Source: Schmidtea nova (Eukaryota). Taken from it: a DNA stretch of 59,857 nt. The stretch is taken from contig CM097882.1 of NCBI GenBank assembly GCA_044892505.1, positions 364,068,144-364,128,000 of the forward strand, in the 5' to 3' direction. Both the position numbers and the translations under genes were made by a program. Below the pieces are notes generated by a model. The model was not told where the DNA came from and made no database searches. It saw only the letters and a program-made list of their open reading frames with translations. Positions 52,201 through 59,232 of this stretch are shown here, in pieces; the stretch's first letter is position 1; each line of letters opens with the position of its first letter.

Positions 52201-53246
52201 AAAATATTATCATCTTTTTCTTTTGTTAGCTCTATTAGCTCCTCTAACATATCATCGCTATCTGTAAAAATTTCGTCTACATCGTATGGTTCTGGTGGTG
52301 TTCTTTCTCTTGTCTCTCTTGGTGTTGTTCTAGCTTGTTCTGAGCTTGTTCCTGGAGTCATTACCGATTTCATTGGGCTCGGCGTACTCATACTTCCTTT
52401 TGGTTTCTTTTCCTCTTTCAATTTCAATGGTTGACCTGCTATTGCTGCCACTGTCAATGTATTTGCGATATCTAATTGCGCTGGCGTTATTCCAATTTCC
52501 AAGCTGTTATCTAATGATCGTCCTTGGTGTTGTAAATGGAATGGTGGTTCATATCTCAATTTCTTTTTAATGTCTCGAACTTTCTCCGCTATTCCTACCC
52601 AAAACTCTTCCTTTTCTTGGTTCGGATATACTATTCTTAGGTGTACTTTCTGTGGCGATTCCTGCGAGAATTCCTGGTTTCTCCATTTTTTAATTACGTG
52701 ATCCAATTGTTCTGGACACCACTCGTTAACTCTTTTGTATTCGGCGATTGCTTTTGCTACTTTACGCAAGCATGTTATGTCTTCTCCATTAACTACGAAA
52801 AAATCTGCGAGACCTTTTACTAATTTTCTCTTTCCGTGCGCATTGGTTTTTAATATTTCGACAAATTCTTCCGTTTTTTGTTTCTCTCTTTCCAACCACA
52901 TGGTTGCCGTTTCTGGTCCGTCTAAATCTGCTGGCATGGCTTTTCTTGTTACCATACAGACTCTTCCGGTTTCCGGTTTGTGATCGTCTTCTATGCCTAT
53001 TTCATATTCTTCTTCGTATTCGCCTGCTTTTGGTTCCCAACATTTTCCTCGTTCGTTCCATTGTTTTTCTACAGGTGTTCGTAATCGTCTGTTGAGATTG
53101 AGTTCTTCTAATACATTTTCCCATTCTGGCCAAATCCGCCAATTTCGATAGATGTCTACTATTTGTTGTAATTTGTGCACAACTTCTTTTTGTCGTTCTC
53201 GTTCTCTTTTCTCATCTTTAGCAGTTTCTCTTGGTGTATCGTCCAT
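43263..53246 (-). CDS. pol: 3327-aa polyprotein: UBL, AT-hook, Bcl-2-like, envelope glycoprotein, protease, RT, RNase H, integrase, ankyrin repeats
   Basis: AMIDTGA (PR, about 48850); LDLKSGYWQI, FGLTNAPASFQR and YIDD (RT, YIDD at 47631-47642); TDAS/TDH/NADCMSR (RH); HHCC, MDVIGP, TDQG, TERFN and GPY (IN). Confidence 0.97.
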   Translation of the reverse strand: MDDTPRETAKDEKRERERQKEVVHKLQQIVDIYRNWRIWPEWENVLEELNLNRRLRTPVEKQWNERGKCWEPKAGEYEEEYEIGIEDDHKPETGRVCMVTRKAMPADLDGPETATMWLEREKQKTEEFVEILKTNAHGKRKLVKGLADFFVVNGEDITCLRKVAKAIAEYKRVNEWCPEQLDHVIKKWRNQEFSQESPQKVHLRIVYPNQEKEEFWVGIAEKVRDIKKKLRYEPPFHLQHQGRSLDNSLEIGITPAQLDIANTLTVAAIAGQPLKLKEEKKPKGSMSTPSPMKSVMTPGTSSEQARTTPRETRERTPPEPYDVDEIFTDSDDMLEELIELTKEKDDNIFERIQELPTAIPVTNTEDEVEQEIIIEEVNEIAEEEARRANVENVQFTQEMERWLEERANEPRDVTEKTGRETRLVETGTTMDKRPRGRPKMDPANVVIKSREEKRRNQWDLCLKKLNKIAETKEKETTQTYQGEEWISKMLMEILAIIDPELKKWWRINEISERAKSLHSAIAPILPELIKEKTRSNHLDWQGTTMLIKKLTEGAETDNKYLIAMAYTIYNLLTLSRGRLKPTALERHIKNTAKIIEKEIEPYIISKGGWEIFTKTNQKKNQAENMKKKFEEILGELEKEKSGTGNGKSTLNLSSIIMMMLIWMISTDGATAFEVFDCDQMALGEKYSLRGIEQCKNATPTELKTLKKRQLYHVYQEAELIRTMVRECKVYKTRFAFYCGHRHYSAIVMPGTERESVMLQGEDCEKLFKHGEVETRDRVKIRGKTGVILQQTYYVAGAITGGEGYCQGATYPIFGVAATNLVVIDTYTVELKTYETFFDPTTGEMKTLPMCKIESNTCQTGMSTLTYQIRGKECQLQLLKEAEFDEIQGKTFQEEEEDEAARGKILQDTVRGEKKIETRTQEKQIKMRNTPTVLITSDADIGMRFVKGKTALKCGVAMLETNYPGIFVSKQEVPSAKRKVHTNDVKLHLYMNNKMDFLFHRGQASLQKVYYDLINNDCILNREILKTKLAVAITNPDSAMPLLPLREGHFGRVVGEVMYVYICKKTNAKVATMTKLQPGQCTNELEIEYKGKVRYVQPVTRIINPVNFEPNPFNCSNAYGPLYQKPDGNWVMFPSRTEVPAPREFELMQLSKGRKFKDVDVSNMGFYSAKDLEAARQNILFPARREAVLSSIVTITGGTNYQGGPNYELLLSPAHFKKATENMMKAMWGRFLIFGQMMAGILGVILIIQIIRVIITQMLACFDIYKREKKVNWKLVVGFLPFLAKTMVLHGHSKDIHRIKRLLKILAKMKGTDEEVGRKFKKIMNNEQARQQLKKERKGLWERMKGYRTQDDSSDDDDDDNEGGQVFKNQVPQYVEKNPAEMWKCYAPPPTMYQEPTPGMRQNTMQMMPMTNIYPMIPEDYRTRRCRSVDPQGDSHTIAVMSSNTGPVLTTTIEINGREIEAMIDTGANISAIDIKWIPQEQRRDIERTNVHVIACSKEVVEVAGRWWVNIKHQNTEIETFVAVIPALSVPCIIGTDLMPALFKEIVIDLGTMRLKDRTGQICAIEAKVTSSKQIIVPARREKICFVKIDPTIEGDMIFEPSKRFEKRKSLPMARGLVSANDNGEIPINVVNFDEEDKIIYENERLGKLTPMIDIEIPIKEGVKEEEPTWNIDSQLLNEDQKKQLERLLIEYKDIFAASDLDLGTCDVTLHTIPLTDETPIALRPYKLAEAQKSVAEAEVQKMLDAEVIEPSCSPWQFPVVMVKKKDGTQRFCIDFRRLNAVTKRDTYPLPDINEMLLTLQGAAYFTSLDLKSGYWQIKMKEEDKEKTAFTIGRDLYQFRKMPFGLTNAPASFQRCMNFVTHGIKQCMVYIDDLLIYSSTFEQHIQDIRDVFVRLRQWKLKLKPSKCDWAKEKVTFLGHIVSAKGKEPDPRNIDKVKECPIPKTITQIQEFLGLCGYYRKFIKDYAGIAKPIQELVKKDVSFIWGSEQQTAFETLRDKLITAPILVHPDFKKPFLLATDASGYAAGAVLGQYDDEGKERVIGYYSRTFKKHEKNYSVTEREALAIILAIKHFKYLLWGHIICITTDHQPLVWLGQHKETSSRLMRWAMQLQEYSPDIKFKSGKANANADCMSRLTFPELTDPEVQRICIVIAEDLDFSELKKDQQEDKELRPIIEFLSSRNMDVFKDNAELKEHMRKYQHRYTIEKGWLLIQDGEKRLMCLPGNRRKEIITQYHDGKLGGHMSDKKTLDRMRQKYYWPTMNEDVKEWIKNCLTCATRKDSGKKWKNPLKPMPIPAEPMTTIAMDVIGPLPESLNGNQYILVITDYLTKFPEAFAMPDQKAKIVARSLVEEICCRYGTPKQILTDQGTNFMSEILDEVTNYFRIAKLRTSPYHPQTNGQTERFNGTLIRMLSNYVSKHQTDWDEYIKLCLMAYRMSIHAATKLSPFQLMYGRECNMPIDLEYQPPLSQYMEEDDYVTKFKERMQEIWKTAELNIKFYQESYKDLHDQKKNVKTNDLKPGDWVMIETPEIIPGTVKKLQRPGKGPYEVIYKKENNVKVKLVNRPLIRPIYVNTCRCKKVPKTITTAPEERIITRSQTARMNMLRATNEIIEAENKQQKKRNKEIVLKAREIMGRWHVRDDILRDIQSIISDYARGLPTKPVISELMEKIPEILSLEDIGGQPALHNAIKWGEVERVKEFLKIAKETNQHLGFGNSEQETPLMVAAIYKSDKAIIDLLINADFNWTERDRENKTVLNHVIWSSNQIMLKQIIEKATWEIDELIKGDIIKEAIKIGNCKTIRKLIKWKRSENDTWVLNINEVYSEGQNALLQFLLKFVCDQKALLTLLDRRNIIISKNKEECKFESEKEALFRKIREWCAKSLTKTITYKDISNFQDKYKTVEEEYDKLVDILNHPEKCKQFLCRKERESKRKFTPLFSAEVPYQERLDAIQDKAKELLPEFENSKHTLEILGAIVEKIHAYAEGTYNENDMMIIKREMPVTFLLTKNGVLPIHRALRAGKDRRVVEIARLMQDCGSDMNMKDKKGDTLMIFAARANTKTRVLQELYEAGAGLMGRTNKDSSILDVALLTHNWEVINFIKTITNQEEIEYLTRTVKKASVHSMMHNVELTEAILNWTNPNTNEPAFRINEFMEQGKNLYIKCALIINKWPKIIDIFMRRKDLRFTNNPKETERTDKWKELMKTYLNNWIKAKKEILDCKLTDKEIPKQAETQEYEASILTTITYEKMIEAINVEDDIFNDQRGGDNTGSDDDSTRENPEDHELSDKEDSEEKGRNTEKNDKKNEFGKQRHNNYKNKNEAKRTGYKQTINPFF
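43970..45225 (-). other. Two ankyrin-repeat clusters C-terminal to the integrase
   Basis: GQPALHNAIKWG, ETPLMVAA, NKTVLNHVI; GVLPIHRAL, DKKGDTLMIFAAR, DSSILDVAL. Confidence 0.88.
49380..51300 (-). other. env: Envelope domain: chuvirus/Monjiviricetes-like (class III, gB-like) glycoprotein
   Basis: Internal signal SSIIMMMLIWMISTDGATA; FDCD...YSL...C; CK...CGHRHYS; GYCQG; CG...ETNYPGIF; YMNNKMDF; GEVMYVYIC; CTNELEI...VQPVTRII; TM FGQMMAGILGVILIIQII. Confidence 0.85.
51400..51800 (-). other. Bcl-2-like domain
   Basis: BH2-like IEPYIISKGGWEIF (GGWEIF at 51411-51428) closing a helical segment of about 130 aa. Confidence 0.7.
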
Positions 53247-53264
53247 TCTGATAACGTGGATGGT

Positions 53265-56200
53265 TTAGTGATTATCCCATATCCCAATTTTATATAGCCG
53301 TCTTTCATCGTGATCCCATAATACATGTTCATTATATTTCATGATTATGTCATCTTCCCATTCTTCTTCTGGTTCTCTTTGTAATAGTGTCTCGTTGATG
53401 ACATTTACTAGTTCTTTTATGGTACAATCTGCTACCACTTCAATTTCCTTGGTATCCTCATTAGGCAGTTCCACTGAAATTTTTAGATCTGTTATTTTTC
53501 CTTGTCTAAACATTGCTTTTCCCATTTTGGCAATTACTTTTCCGTATGAGATTTGTGACCATCTCGTGTGACTTGTGTCACGTATGCACTCGATACATCG
53601 TTTCAACTTCTCGTATTCGCTTCTCATTAACTCCTTTCTATGTTTTTTGATTTGTGGGATGATTTGCTCTATCATGGAATTTAGATTTCCTCGTAAGATT
53701 CGTTTTTTCTCATATTCTAACCGTGGTTTTATCTTCTTCTCGAAACACGTATTCGCTTCCTTTGCTACTTCTTGTAGGTTCTCTTCTCTCTTATCATCGT
53801 ATATCGATAATGTTGTCACCTCTCCTGGCCATATGCCTGTTTCTATCAAATGCGTCCTTTTCTTCACTAGTCCATTCTGTGAATAGAGGAATTTGTTCTT
53901 ATACGAACTCCCTAATCTGTCTTCTACCCATTGATAAATATCCTCCGTGAGTGGAGTTTTGATCCAAATCCTTGGCAAACATGTTTTTATCTGTATTAAG
54001 ATTATATATTCATGGAGTGGTTCTTTTAATAATTTTCCTACGTATTGGCTTAGTGTTTCTACTTCCCGGCCTGGTAACCACTCTTTATAGTTCATTTGTA
54101 ATATCGCTCTCATGAATTTCCGATAGTGTTTCTTGTCAATGAATTCCTCATTGTATATTACTTCTAGCGCATTATCTAGTAATTTCTCGATCTCGTCCTC
54201 TTTTACTTGAATAGTTTCTGGTGTCTTTACTACTTCTATCTTTTTGTCTTCAATTTCCGGTTCGTTTAGCATATCTCCGGCTAGACTACTGACGTCACTA
54301 TCCTCTTCGTCATCTGAAAAATTCTTTGCCTGGCCTCTCAACATGTTAATGTGTTTTATTTGGTTGATTTCACTTGGTGTATCTTCCGTTGGTCTTGTTT
54401 CACTTTTAATAGCTTTTTGTGTTGATTCACTCTTGTCGTCTACTACCTCGACCTTTCTCATTTTTCGTTCTAACTCGTCTATTTCTCCCAGCCGTCTTCG
54501 TATCATTTTCCCTTTAAATATTCGACTGATTCGTGTTTCGTGACGCACTGGCGGTGGAATTCCTTCTGGTTCTATTTCTTTGATTACCATCACATTTCTT
54601 TTTGTCTCTACTACTCCCATGTTTTCCCATATATCCGTTAGTTTCAATTTTACTTCTGGTGCACCTTCTATTTTTAGGAATGCTTCTCTGGGCAGTTTCG
54701 TTACTCCTGGAGCCATTTCATTCACTTTGTTGAACAATATTCCTACTTCTTCTTTTATGTTATATTGGAATCGAAACACGTGCTTGTTTGGCAAAATTAC
54801 CATCATTCCTCTTTTCCCGAGTTTCCATTTCTCTTCTTGGTTCCCTTCTTTTTCTACCTCCTTCTCTGTTTCTTTCTCTGCTTCTTCGCTTCCTGGTACT
54901 ATTTCTTTTCGACTTTCGTTATTGGTTGGATTCAGGTTTGTTGGATTTATTTCTGGCACAGTCTCTTTCTCGTGGGTATTTGTTTGATTGGTTGCTCTCA
55001 TCATATTAATTCTTAGAGGTTGTCGTTCTCTTTCTTGCTGTTTTTGTTCCTCTTCTCTTTGTATTCTTGCCCATTCCTGAGCATGTCGTGCTTGACTTTC
55101 CCGATTCAATCGTTTGTTTTCGCTTTCTATTTTTCTCATCATGTTGATTTGTTGTTGACCTGTTTGCGGATTTCCTCTGTTTGTATTGTTTATCTGCTCC
55201 GTCAATCTTTGAACCTCTTGCATTAAATGTATTTCTTTAGGGGTGTTTTTATTTTGGTTATTATTATTATTATTTTGCTGGTTTCCGTATTCCGGTCGGT
55301 TTCCATTATTTGGCTGATTCCCATAATTCGGTTGGTTTCCACCAGTTGGTTGGTTTCCAATATTCTGCCAGTTTCCTCGTTGATTGCTTCTTTGTCCGCA
55401 CTTTCTTGATAGGTGTCCAGGTCGTCCACAATTAAAACAGGTTATTGTGTAACATCTGCTCTCTGAATGTCCTTTTACTCCACATTTTCCACAATTCAAG
55501 TTCTGATAACATTCTTGTTGCCAATGTCCCAATTTCCCACATGTTTTGCATTGTTTCGTTGGTCCTTGGGGGTTGTAATTGCTTTGATTTCCGAAATTTG
55601 ATACTTTATTCCCTTCATTCCTTCGTTGCGGTGGTGGTCGGTTTAATTGTTGTGAATTTGGAATGTGGTTATTCAGGTTCACTTCTTGTTCGTTTTGTGC
55701 TGTATCCATAGCTAAATAGATTCTACCATCATTTCCTATCATGTGTAGTTCAAATCTATTAGCTGTTTCTAGTGCTTGGTCAATAGTTTTACACCCTTGA
55801 CATCCAACTTGCGCTCTTATGTCGGGTCTTCTTAATCCTCCCACAAAGATAGCTGCCATTAACTCCTCATTTATTGGGCTGTCTTGATTAAAGATCAACT
55901 TTGCTAACTTTTTCAATTCGCTTGCATATACCGCATTCGATTCATTTATCTTTTGTTTCCTCATTGAGAATTCCGTGAATGCCTCATTCAATACTTTATT
56001 TATTCCGAAGGTTTGTTGGAAAAAGTCCTTTATCGCTGACCAACTTGTAGGTGGATTAATTCCATTTTTTGCTTCCAAATATAGATCTAATGCGCTATCT
56101 TTTAAATATAGCTGAATTCTGCTTACAGTTGTTTCTGGTTTCCACTTGCATACTTCCACGAATATGCCAAATTCCTTTAAGAAAGTTTCCAATTTACTCG

Positions 56201-56750
56201 CATCTCCATTAAACGGTTCTCCGGAAAATTTGTCTTTTATTTCTTCTCTGGGTTCGCTCATTTCGATTCCGCTGTCTGTAGTTATTTTACTTTCGTTTCC
56301 TCTTGTTTCTAGTTCACTGTTATGTTCGTCACTCGAATTTATGTCGATCTCAGTTTCCTTTGCTGATTCGTTGTCCGATGCTTTACTATCGTTATCGGTA
56401 TCGTCACTTTCTGTTTCTTGTTCTACTTCGTCTTCTATTTCTTCTATATAATCGTTGTTGGTTTTGTCGACTTCTATTTCACTTATTGGGTTTCTCTCGG
56501 GTTCTGCTTGATTTTCTTTGTTGCTTGAACTGTTGCTTGTTACTGATAATTTATCGTTTTCGATAATCGATTTCTGTATTATTATCTTCCTCGCTTTACT
56601 TCCTTTTAGGCCTTTCTGCTTATTATTCTTGGTAGCTTTATTCTTTTCTGCTGGTTTTATTACCACACTATTTGGGTCCTCTTTGTTGATTTTACTGTCG
56701 ACTTTCTTCTCTGCTGGTTTTATTATGACACTCTTTTCTCCTTTTCTCAA
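53265..56750 (-). CDS. gag: Extended Gag, 1161 aa: acidic N-terminus, capsid, 3 CCHC knuckles, Q/N-rich tract, two ubiquitin-like domains
   Basis: Capsid about 55740-56230 (PFNGD...YLKDSAL...QKINES...FVGGL); CKTCGKLGHWQQEC, CGKCGVKGHSESRC and CFNCGRPGHLSRKC (55398-55550). The listed start is TTG; the first ATG is M164 at 56261. Confidence 0.93.
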   Translation of the reverse strand: MRKGEKSVIIKPAEKKVDSKINKEDPNSVVIKPAEKNKATKNNKQKGLKGSKARKIIIQKSIIENDKLSVTSNSSSNKENQAEPERNPISEIEVDKTNNDYIEEIEDEVEQETESDDTDNDSKASDNESAKETEIDINSSDEHNSELETRGNESKITTDSGIEMSEPREEIKDKFSGEPFNGDASKLETFLKEFGIFVEVCKWKPETTVSRIQLYLKDSALDLYLEAKNGINPPTSWSAIKDFFQQTFGINKVLNEAFTEFSMRKQKINESNAVYASELKKLAKLIFNQDSPINEELMAAIFVGGLRRPDIRAQVGCQGCKTIDQALETANRFELHMIGNDGRIYLAMDTAQNEQEVNLNNHIPNSQQLNRPPPQRRNEGNKVSNFGNQSNYNPQGPTKQCKTCGKLGHWQQECYQNLNCGKCGVKGHSESRCYTITCFNCGRPGHLSRKCGQRSNQRGNWQNIGNQPTGGNQPNYGNQPNNGNRPEYGNQQNNNNNNQNKNTPKEIHLMQEVQRLTEQINNTNRGNPQTGQQQINMMRKIESENKRLNRESQARHAQEWARIQREEEQKQQERERQPLRINMMRATNQTNTHEKETVPEINPTNLNPTNNESRKEIVPGSEEAEKETEKEVEKEGNQEEKWKLGKRGMMVILPNKHVFRFQYNIKEEVGILFNKVNEMAPGVTKLPREAFLKIEGAPEVKLKLTDIWENMGVVETKRNVMVIKEIEPEGIPPPVRHETRISRIFKGKMIRRRLGEIDELERKMRKVEVVDDKSESTQKAIKSETRPTEDTPSEINQIKHINMLRGQAKNFSDDEEDSDVSSLAGDMLNEPEIEDKKIEVVKTPETIQVKEDEIEKLLDNALEVIYNEEFIDKKHYRKFMRAILQMNYKEWLPGREVETLSQYVGKLLKEPLHEYIILIQIKTCLPRIWIKTPLTEDIYQWVEDRLGSSYKNKFLYSQNGLVKKRTHLIETGIWPGEVTTLSIYDDKREENLQEVAKEANTCFEKKIKPRLEYEKKRILRGNLNSMIEQIIPQIKKHRKELMRSEYEKLKRCIECIRDTSHTRWSQISYGKVIAKMGKAMFRQGKITDLKISVELPNEDTKEIEVVADCTIKELVNVINETLLQREPEEEWEDDIIMKYNEHVLWDHDERRLYKIGIWDNH

Positions 56751-57299
56751 CGGGATTACTTTTGTATACTCAATTTTCCTGTCTTATCGTATTCCGATTC
56801 TTTTCTTCCTTGGTTGCTTGGTTTGGTTTGATTGATTTATCTAAAATACAAATGTCACTTCAACGATACTCTATTGTTATCGTTGCGCTTTTATTCCCTT
56901 TTTACGGGACTTCTCATTACTGGGTTTCTATTATTTTTCCCCATTCCCAGATTCCCCTTTATTTAAGTCTATTTAAATTATCTATATACTAGTCACAATT
57001 ATCTATTTAGTCATAACAATTATCTATCGATTATTAAAATACATCCATTATTTTTCCCGCGGTCTCCCAATTTATTTGTCGTTCGAACGCTCTAATTCCC
57101 TGAGTCATTTGACTCGATTATTATTTTATCATCTCTTTATCTTTCTCTCTGCTAGCCTCTAATTATTAATTCTGCCGGTCTTTCCGGTCAGCTCCTATTT
57201 CTCAATTCTATTTGCATGCATTATTTTAGGTCGCATAATCCGCTTTACTCGCATTTCTCAATTATTGGTGCGCACTATTCTCATTATCGTCGACGATCA

Positions 57300-57525
57300 C
57301 AACTCTGGGCCTATATTCCCTCTGTTGTTATTTCTTATCCCTTGCAACCCTGGGCCTATATTCCCTCCGTTGCTATCTTCCTTTAATTTTAAATAATTGC
57401 AACCCTGGGCCTATATTCCCTCCGTTGGTGCTCAACAACTGTAACCCTGGGCTTATATTCCCTCCGTTACTATCTTCCTTTAATGTTAACTAATTGCAAC
57501 CCTGGGCCTATATTCCCTCCGTTGC
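57300..57525. repeat. Leader array A: 5 copies of AACCCTGGGCCTATATTCCCTCCGTTG
   Basis: Copies near 57301, 57346, 57401, 57443 and 57498. Confidence 0.92.
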
Positions 57526-57571
57526 TATATATCCGGATATCCCTATTGGCTCCTTTGGCCTCTAATCAATA

Positions 57572-57737
57572 TCAATTATCTCAAATGGCTCTTATGGCCT
57601 CAAATTCATATCTCAACTATCTCAAATGGCTCTATTGGCCTTAAATTCATATCTCAATTATCTCAAATGGCTCTATTGGCCTTAAATTCATATTTCAATT
57701 ATCTCAAATGGCTCTATTGGCCTTAAATCATATCTCT
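57572..57737. repeat. Leader array B: 4 x 41-bp tandem repeat
   Basis: Unit TCAATTATCTCAAATGGCTCTATTGGCCTTAAATTCATATC; three copies carry CCAAT on the minus strand. Confidence 0.92.
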
Positions 57738-57780
57738 CAATAACGCCTAGCTAGGTCATTCAATATGGCTCTTTGGCCTC

Positions 57781-57963
57781 AACCCTTTGTTTCAAGGGAC
57801 AAACCGCTGATAACCCTTTGTTTCAAGGGACAAATTCTAATAACCCTTTGTTTCAAGGGACAACCAGCTGATAACCCTTTGTTTCAAGGGACAAATTCTA
57901 ATAACCCTTTGTTTCAAGGGACAACCCGCTGATAACCCTTTGTTTCAAGGGACAAATTCTAAT
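57781..57963. repeat. Leader array C: 6 hairpin units AACCCTTTGTTTCAAGGGACAA with alternating 8-9 nt linkers
   Basis: Copies at 57781, 57812, 57842, 57873, 57903 and 57934; CCCTT/AAGGG stem. Confidence 0.95.
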
Positions 57964-58440
57964 AAATTTTCCTTAACCGGTTAATCGTAATTCTTAACTT
58001 CGCTAGCGACTACAATTTCTCAGCTGAGTTCTCTCAATTTCATGCGAGCTGATTATGCACCTCTTATTTTTCTCTATAATTCCTCGATTCTTTGTTTTAT
58101 TACTAATTCTTTCGCTGATCAGTCATAATTCAATTTTTATTATTTTCTCTGCGCGCATCTTACCTCATCAGGGTTTTCCCTATTTCTCTCCCCAACCAAA
58201 ATATACAAAAAGATCGCGTTGGTCTACTAATGCGGGATGTGGTGATCAATCACATCACAAAAGCTTTCCAACATTTGCGATTGGCCCCTTTCTATATACC
58301 CCGAGTGGGTTGATCAACTGGTACCTCCCAATGGGTGCTTAACGGACTACTTGACAGTAGCTCAAAAATTAATTAACATTGTTGATTGCTCCCCTGACTT
58401 TGTCATTCGATACAATATATTAACACACTCTAAATATTTA

Positions 58441-58902
58441 TTATAAATAAACTACAATTTTATCAGTTACAGAGAAATTGCACATGGGGCACTCATCACA
58501 CTTATTCGCACAGTTTTTACAGAATCGAAAATGTCCGCATGGTAGAAACATTATTTGGATTTCACTGTCTTCGCATATGTAACATTGTTTATATTGTTTT
58601 GCTGCCTCGACCCCTTGCGACATCCATCGGTTATATGTTAGACTTAACTGCTGTTCTATATGTCGGCATCTGATATTCAACTCGGCATCCTCTAATCGTG
58701 CTTTGTACCATTTATATCGCGTATTTATATCGAGTTTATTTACTTTCTCTATGATTTTTATTAACTCAGTTGTTTCCTCCGTTTGTGTCGTAGGTTCCTC
58801 ATATTCGGATGCTCTTATTCGGGTTATTTTTTCGCAGACTGTCTCAAATGTATCGTTCTCGGTGTTGAAAAATTCCTCGATTTCTTTCAGTTTTTCCTCC
58901 AT
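58441..58902 (-). CDS. 153-aa protein with a C-terminal IAP/MDM2-type RING finger (no BIR domain seen)
   Basis: CYIC...IMFLPCGHFRFCKNCANKCDECPMC; the stop codon overlaps AATAAA (58437-58442). Confidence 0.88.
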   Translation of the reverse strand: MEEKLKEIEEFFNTENDTFETVCEKITRIRASEYEEPTTQTEETTELIKIIEKVNKLDINTRYKWYKARLEDAELNIRCRHIEQQLSLTYNRWMSQGVEAAKQYKQCYICEDSEIQIMFLPCGHFRFCKNCANKCDECPMCNFSVTDKIVVYL

Positions 58903-59232
58903 TTCCTAGATAATTTATTTAAACACTGTGTTAATATTATTGGAAAAGTAGTACTGTGTTTCGTTTTCGACAGTTTATAGCCTCCCCCCGTGTTTCGATA
59001 AATTGTCGTCCCGACCTGTTATTTATAAATGCATTTATTTAATTTATCTATTTCATTGTGTTGTTGTTTTTATTTACTCAGTTTGTTTAATTCTCAGTTT
59101 ATAACTATCTATTTCCACGTAGCTCGCTTTCGTCTCGATTACTTATTCGGTTACTATTTTTCTCACGAAATTCTGATTTTTAAAACTTTCTGTTGTCGTT
59201 GGGTTCACATTTTCCGCATAAAAACAAAGTTG

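Noticed and set aside
39645-53267. Reassigned genetic code (TAA as Ser) or an element-encoded suppressor tRNA
   Set aside because: Other ORFs in the element and the hAT transposase end normally at TAA, and no tRNA gene was seen.
56784-56840. A fourth in-frame stop (TAA at 56784-56786) in the giant frame
   Set aside because: It would fall inside the proposed intron, and 18 open codons upstream can arise by chance, so it was not counted.
43271-56992. Many plus-strand ORFs of 60-160 aa overlapping the polyprotein
   Set aside because: They are F/S/L-rich shadows of the A-rich sense strand, with no motifs.
57781-57963. CRISPR-like array of palindromic repeats
   Set aside because: Linkers are only 8-9 nt and alternate or repeat, there are no cas genes, and the context is a eukaryotic retroelement.
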